From Eledone cirrhosa (Eukaryota), in NCBI GenBank assembly GCA_964016885.1, contig OZ024752.1:38626001-38690000 (forward strand): DNA of 64,000 nt, written 5' to 3'. Made by a program: the position numbers and the translations under genes. Below, piece by piece: positions 58,476-64,000 of the stretch. The stretch's first letter is position 1; each line of letters opens with the position of its first letter. Under the pieces are notes generated by a model, which had not been told where the DNA came from, did no database searches, and worked only from the letters and a program-made list of their open reading frames with translations.

Positions 58476-59145
58476 TAGAATTACATGTCCTAAAACTCTG
58501 CTATATACGTATCCAATTATAACAAACTGTAACAAGATTTGTTTTCATTAGGCCTAAGTATACAATTGCTCATTATTCACGTCCATTCATTTTCATATCA
58601 AGTGTCTGTTGCTAGAATAGATTGCATGGTCATACAAACTGAGATATTCATATTTTTACTTGTTTTATTTTTAACATCAGATATGGACACCAGGATGGCT
58701 GTGTGGTTAAGAAGTTTGTATCAGAACTCCATGGTCCTTGATTCAAGCCCACAACACAGCACAGCACTTTGAGCAATTGTCGTCTACCACAGACTTGAGT
58801 TATTCAGTAATTTGTCTGTGAAATTTTGTAATTGCACAAAATTGCACAAAAGTCTGCTGTTTATCATTATCATTTAGCATCTCCTTTCCCAGTTAGCAAG
58901 GATTGGACAGGTCATCACAGACCAGTCCAAGATGGTGTGGACGACAATGCCAGACAAAATATGAGAATTCCAAGATGGAACCTGTTCATAGTTCAATGCA
59001 CATGTTTATATAAACAGACAGCCATTTGAAGTTGTTGGATTGTATTTATCACCAAGAGATTGCAACACTCTTGTGTTCTTGTATTTGTGGATTATTGAAA
59101 GTGAATGTCGAGTAACAATATAATTTGTTGAACGAAAGTTTTGTT

Positions 59146-59980
59146 ATCATCATCATCATCATCATCATCGTTTAACGTCCATATTCCACGCTTGCATGGG
59201 TTTGGACGGGAGTTTTCCCACTTGAGGCAAGAGTGGTTGTCTTGCTCGCATAGGACTGACTGGCGGGTTTTCTACGGCTGGATGCCCTTCCTAACACCAA
59301 CCACGTTTACAGTGTGGAACTGGGAGGTTTTTACCGTGTTACCTACACGGCCACATTACAGCGTGGACTGTGTGTTTTTTTGTCGTGACACCTACACGAC
59401 CTCATTTGTTTTGGGCTGGATGTTGTGGTACCAACATAACTTTACATTGAAAGGGGTGGTGTGGATGGGGTGGAGGTAGTGGGACGGGGGTGTATTTTGT
59501 TAGAGGTGCCTACTGACTGTAGTAGGTTTCACTTTGTACTTAGGTAAGGCGGGTCTTCTCTATTACTGTGTAGCGCCAAAGATCTCGGTCCAGTGACATT
59601 GTCTTGGAGAGGTGTAAGTGTGTGAGGTCGGAATTTATCAAGTCGTCCCAGGTTTTTCTGGGTCTGCCTACTCCGTGGCTACCGTCTATTTTTATCGCCC
59701 TGCACTTTTTTATACAGCTGTCATCTTTCATGCGCATCACGTGACCATACCAACGTAGTCTTCTCTTGAGTAAACAACATCTGATCCCTCTTATTTCTAA
59801 TTTTTCCCTTAGTTCGTTTATGCTTTGCTGTTCACGTATATTACTATTACACATCCAGCGGAGCATGCAAGCTTCGTTCCTCTCCAGTCTGCTTATATCC
59901 TCTGCACACAAGGCCCAGGTCTCACTGCCATGTAACATTGCTGTTCGTATGCAGGCATCATACAGCCTGCCTTTTTCTCT
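59146..59980 (-). mobile_element. 5'-truncated RTE LINE: ORF C-terminus (59980-59540), 3'UTR and (ATG)n tail
   Basis: KGRLYDAC..MLHGSETW..RRLRWYGHVMRM..GRPRKTW are RTE-clade motifs; frame open. Confidence 0.93.
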
Positions 59981-60009
59981 GTGTATTATACAATTTTTAA
60001 ACACCCCCA

Positions 60010-61190
60010 ATGTCTCCATTTAAGAAAATGTGTCGTCAATACAGCATTGATTATTTATCTTATAGGTTTATCACTTCTCCTCAGAGCAGTCAATTACCTT
60101 ATGTGTATTATGTGGAACAAAACGTGAAGCCACGAAACCTTCAGGCTTAAATAATAATATAATAATAATGAAATATTGTGTACAGTGCTCAGGTGCACTA
60201 CAACTCATCAAAAAGTGTATGTATAGTACATAGGGTAATGTACAAACATCAGGAAAATGATAGTATCATTTATATTCTAAGCTTGCTGTGCAGTGGAAAA
60301 AAACCTTTGTCATATTTCTTACAACTTAAGACCTCATTCACAAAAGCAGAAAATGTTGATTATGTCGTACAACATTGAGTTCAATAACTCAATGTTGTAC
60401 AACATAATCAACATTTTCACAAAGGTACAAAGGTCAGGGTCAGTAAGCCCCATACTATAGGAGAAACATTACTTCAACCTGTTATTAAAAGAGTTTTCTC
60501 AGCTGTAATGCATAAAAATCCTGACACAATTATGAAGACAATTCCACTTAGTAATAACACAACTTCTTGATGTATAAATGAAATGGCCACCAACATCTAA
60601 CATCAACTCATCCATAAACTCCAGAGTTATGATTTTTCTATACAAGTTGATGAATCAACAGTTGTGAGAAATCAATGCTTAATGATGGTGGGTGTTCGTT
60701 TTTTTTTTTAATGAAAATATTCAACCTTGTGTGGAGATGCATTCACTGATCAATTATAGCTGGACTCAAAAGGTATATCTATTTTAGATTTATTGAAGCT
60801 ATTTTTTAATGAGCAGAACATCCTATTGAACAATGCTGTTGCCTGTGTATCAGTTAAAGCGCCTGCTATGGTAGGTAGATACAGAGGTTTTTCTTCTATT
60901 TTAAAACTTGAACTGTTTTAACAGTTCATTGTGTGGCTCACTGGCAGCATTTAGTGGCAACAAATATCCTCAGTAGGCTTAGTGTTGGACTGTAGTTAGT
61001 TATTAAAACTGTGAACAATTTAAAATTGAATTCTGTGTCTGAACGAATTTTCTGTCAACTGTGCCTTGATAATGATGATGACTATGTGAGGTTTTTATAT
61101 CATACTGAAGTACAATGATTGTCAAAAGACAACAATGTTGTCCATTTTGTCAAACTGATTGATACAATAATAATTTAATTTTCAAAACAC
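60010..61190 (+). pseudogene. Degenerate Charlie/Buster-type hAT transposase
   Basis: Motifs in order across frameshifts and stops: KKMCRQYSIDYL, KPHTIGETL, IPLSNNT, DEST, APAMVGRYRGF, VHCVAHWQHL, HTEVQ*LSK. Confidence 0.85.
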
Positions 61191-61401
61191 TCCACTAACC
61201 ATTCCTCTGATTGCTTCAAAATGTGATGGAGAGCGAAGACATTGCACCCATAGGACAGTGAGGGAGACGCGCTGAAACAAAACAGCCACTTAACCTCATG
61301 GGGTTCCCACCTGTGTGCAGCCAACACCCCTCTGATAGCAGTGAGTAGGGATGTGGTGTGGGGGTCAAGAGTGTCGGAAGCCTCCATTGCCACAGGATTA
61401 A

Positions 61402-64000
61402 CCACGAACCTATCATATGAGCAGGGATGTCATCCGAGGGCCAAGAATGCCAGACATCTCCACGAACCTATCATATGAGCAGGGATGTCATCCGAGGGCC
61501 AAGAATGCTGGACATCTCCACGAACCTATCATATGAGCAGGGATGTCATCCGAGGGCCAAGAATGCCAGACATCTCCACGAACCTATCATATGAGCAGGG
61601 ATGTCATCCGAGGGCCAAGAATGCCGGAAGTCTCCACGAACCTATCATATGAGCAGGGATGTCATCCGAGGGCCAAGAATGCCGGAAGTCTCCACGAACC
61701 TATCATATGAGCAGGGATGTCATCCGAGGGCCAAGAATGCCGGAAGTCTCCACGAACCTATCATATGAGCAGGGATGTCATCCGAGGGCCAAGAATGCTG
61801 GAAGTCTCCACGAACCTATCATATGAGCAGGGATGTCATCCGAGGGCCAAGAATGCCGGAAGTCTCCACGAACCTATCATATGAGCAGGGATGTCATCCG
61901 AGGGCCAAGAATGCCGGAAGTCTCCACGAACCTATCATATGAGCAGGGATGTCATCCGAGGGCCAAGAATGCTGGACATCTCCACGAACCTATCATATGA
62001 GCAGGGATGTCATCCGAGGGCCAAGAATGCTGGAAGTCTCCACGAACCTATCATATGAGCAGGGATGTCATCCAAGGGCCAAGAATGCCAGACATCTCCA
62101 CGAACCTATCATATGAGCAGGGATGTCATCCGAGGGCCAAGAATGCCGGAAGTCTCCACGAACCTATCATATGAGCAGGGATGTCATCCGAGGGCCAAGA
62201 ATGCCGGAAGTCTCCACGAACCTATCATATGAGCAGGGATGTCATCCGAGGGCCAAGAATGCCGGAAGTCTCCAAGAACCTATCATATGAGCAGGGATGT
62301 CATCCGAGGGCCAAGAATGCTGGAAGTCTCCACGAACCTATCATATGAGCAGGGATGTCATCCGAGGGCCAAGAATGCTGGGAGTCTCCACGGACCTATC
62401 ATATGAGCAGGGATGTCATCCGAGGGCCAAGAATGCCGGAAGTCTCCACGAACCTATCATATGAGCAGGGATGTCATCCGAGGGCCAAGAATGCCGGAAG
62501 TCTCCACGAACCTATCATATGAGCAGGGATGTCATCCGAGGGCCAAGAATGCCGGAAGTCTCCACGAACCTATCATATGAGCAGGGATGTCATCCGAGGG
62601 CCAAGAATGCCGGAAGTCTCCACGAACCTATCATATGAGCAGGGATGTCATCCGAGGGCCAAGAATGCCGGAAGTCTCCACGAACCTATCATATGAGCAG
62701 GGATGTCATCCGAGGGCCAAGAATGCCGGAAGTCTCCACGAACCTATCATATGAGCAGGGATGTCATCCGAGGGCCAAGAATGCCGGAAGTCTCCACGAA
62801 CCTATCATATGAGCAGGGATGTCATCCGAGGGCCAAGAATGCCGGAAGTCTCCACGAACCTATCATATGAGCAGGGATGTCATCCGAGGGCCAAGAATGC
62901 CGGAAGTCTCCACGAACCTATCATATGAGCAGGGATGTCATCCGAGGGCCAAGAATGCTGGAAGTCTCCACGAACCTATCATATGAGCAGGGATGTCATC
63001 CGAGGGCCAAGAATGCTGGACATCTCCACGAACCTATCATATGAGCAGGGATGTCATCCGAGGGCCAAGAATGCCAGACATCTCCACGAACCTATCATAT
63101 GAGCAGGGATGTCATCCGAGGGCCAAGAATGCCAGACATCTCCACGAACCTATCATATGAGCAGCGATGTCATCCGGGGGCCAAGAATGCCGGAAGTCTC
63201 CACGAACCTATCATATGAGCAGGGATGTCATCCGGGGGCCAAGAATGCTGGAAGTCTCCACGAACCTATCATATGAGCAGGGATGTCATCCGGGGGCCAA
63301 GAATGCCGGAAGTCTCCACGAACCTATCATATGAGCAGGGATGTCATCCGAGGGCCAAGAATGCCGGAAGTCTCCACGAACCTATCATATGAGCAGGGAT
63401 GTCATCCGAGGGCCAAGAATGCTGGAAGTCTCCACGAACCTATCATATGAGCAGGGATGTCATCCGAGGGCCAAGAATGCCGGAAGTCTCCACGAACCTA
63501 TCATATGAGCAGGGATGTCATCCGAGGGCCAAGAATGCCGGAAGTCTCCACGAACCTATCATATGAGCAGGGATGTCATCCGAGGGCCAAGAATGCCGGA
63601 AGTCTCCACGAACCTATCATATGAGCAGGGATGTCATCCGAGGGCCAAGAATGCCGGAAGTCTCCACGAACCTATCATATGAGCAGGGATGTCATCCGAG
63701 GGCCAAGAATGCCGGAAGTCTCCACGAACCTATCATATGAGCAGGGATGTCATCCGAGGGCCAAGAATGCCGGAAGTCTCCACGAACCTATCATATGAGC
63801 AGGGATGTCATCCGAGGGCCAAGAATGCCACACATCTCCACGAACCTATCATATGAGCAGGGATGTCATCCGAGGGCCAAGAATGCCAGACATCTCCACG
63901 AACCTAACATATGAGCAGGGATGTCATCCAGGGGCCAAGAATGCCAGACATCTCCACGAACCTATCATATGAGCAGGGATGTCATCCGAGGGCCAAGAAT
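61402..64000. repeat. 58-bp satellite, at least 44 copies, running off the window
   Basis: CCACGAACC at 61402 and 61460; unit CCACGAACCTATCATATGAGCAGGGATGTCATCCGAGGGCCAAGAATGCCGGAAGTCT. Confidence 0.97.

Overview
Eukaryotic, AT-rich, repeat-saturated, essentially non-coding DNA (probably a long intron or intergenic region) with one 200-N assembly gap. The SINE/RTE-tail families and microsatellite density suggest an octopus or other coleoid cephalopod (inference). Nearly all long ORFs in the track are simple-repeat artefacts. Protein-derived sequence is limited to transposon remnants (a CR1-like RT, three RTE fragments, an L1/Tx1 RT, a Charlie/Buster-type hAT transposase) and two weak candidate host exons on the minus strand. 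The window also holds many tRNA-headed SINEs, hAT/piggyBac/mariner-type MITEs and large minisatellites, two of them grown from SINE or RTE-tail internal segments. The most striking signal is at about 36.8-45.6 kb: six non-coding foldback elements from about five unrelated families, each in or abutting (TA)n tracts. Three carry hand-foldable type I hammerhead ribozymes on both arms, one with a compensatory U3-A8 core pair and one with a 115-nt stem II. Two more carry degenerate cores. All five are oriented head-to-head, sense outward from the palindrome centre. This looks like a (TA)n-targeting system of non-autonomous Penelope-like or retrozyme-type elements. All structures were derived by eye and need computational and experimental confirmation.
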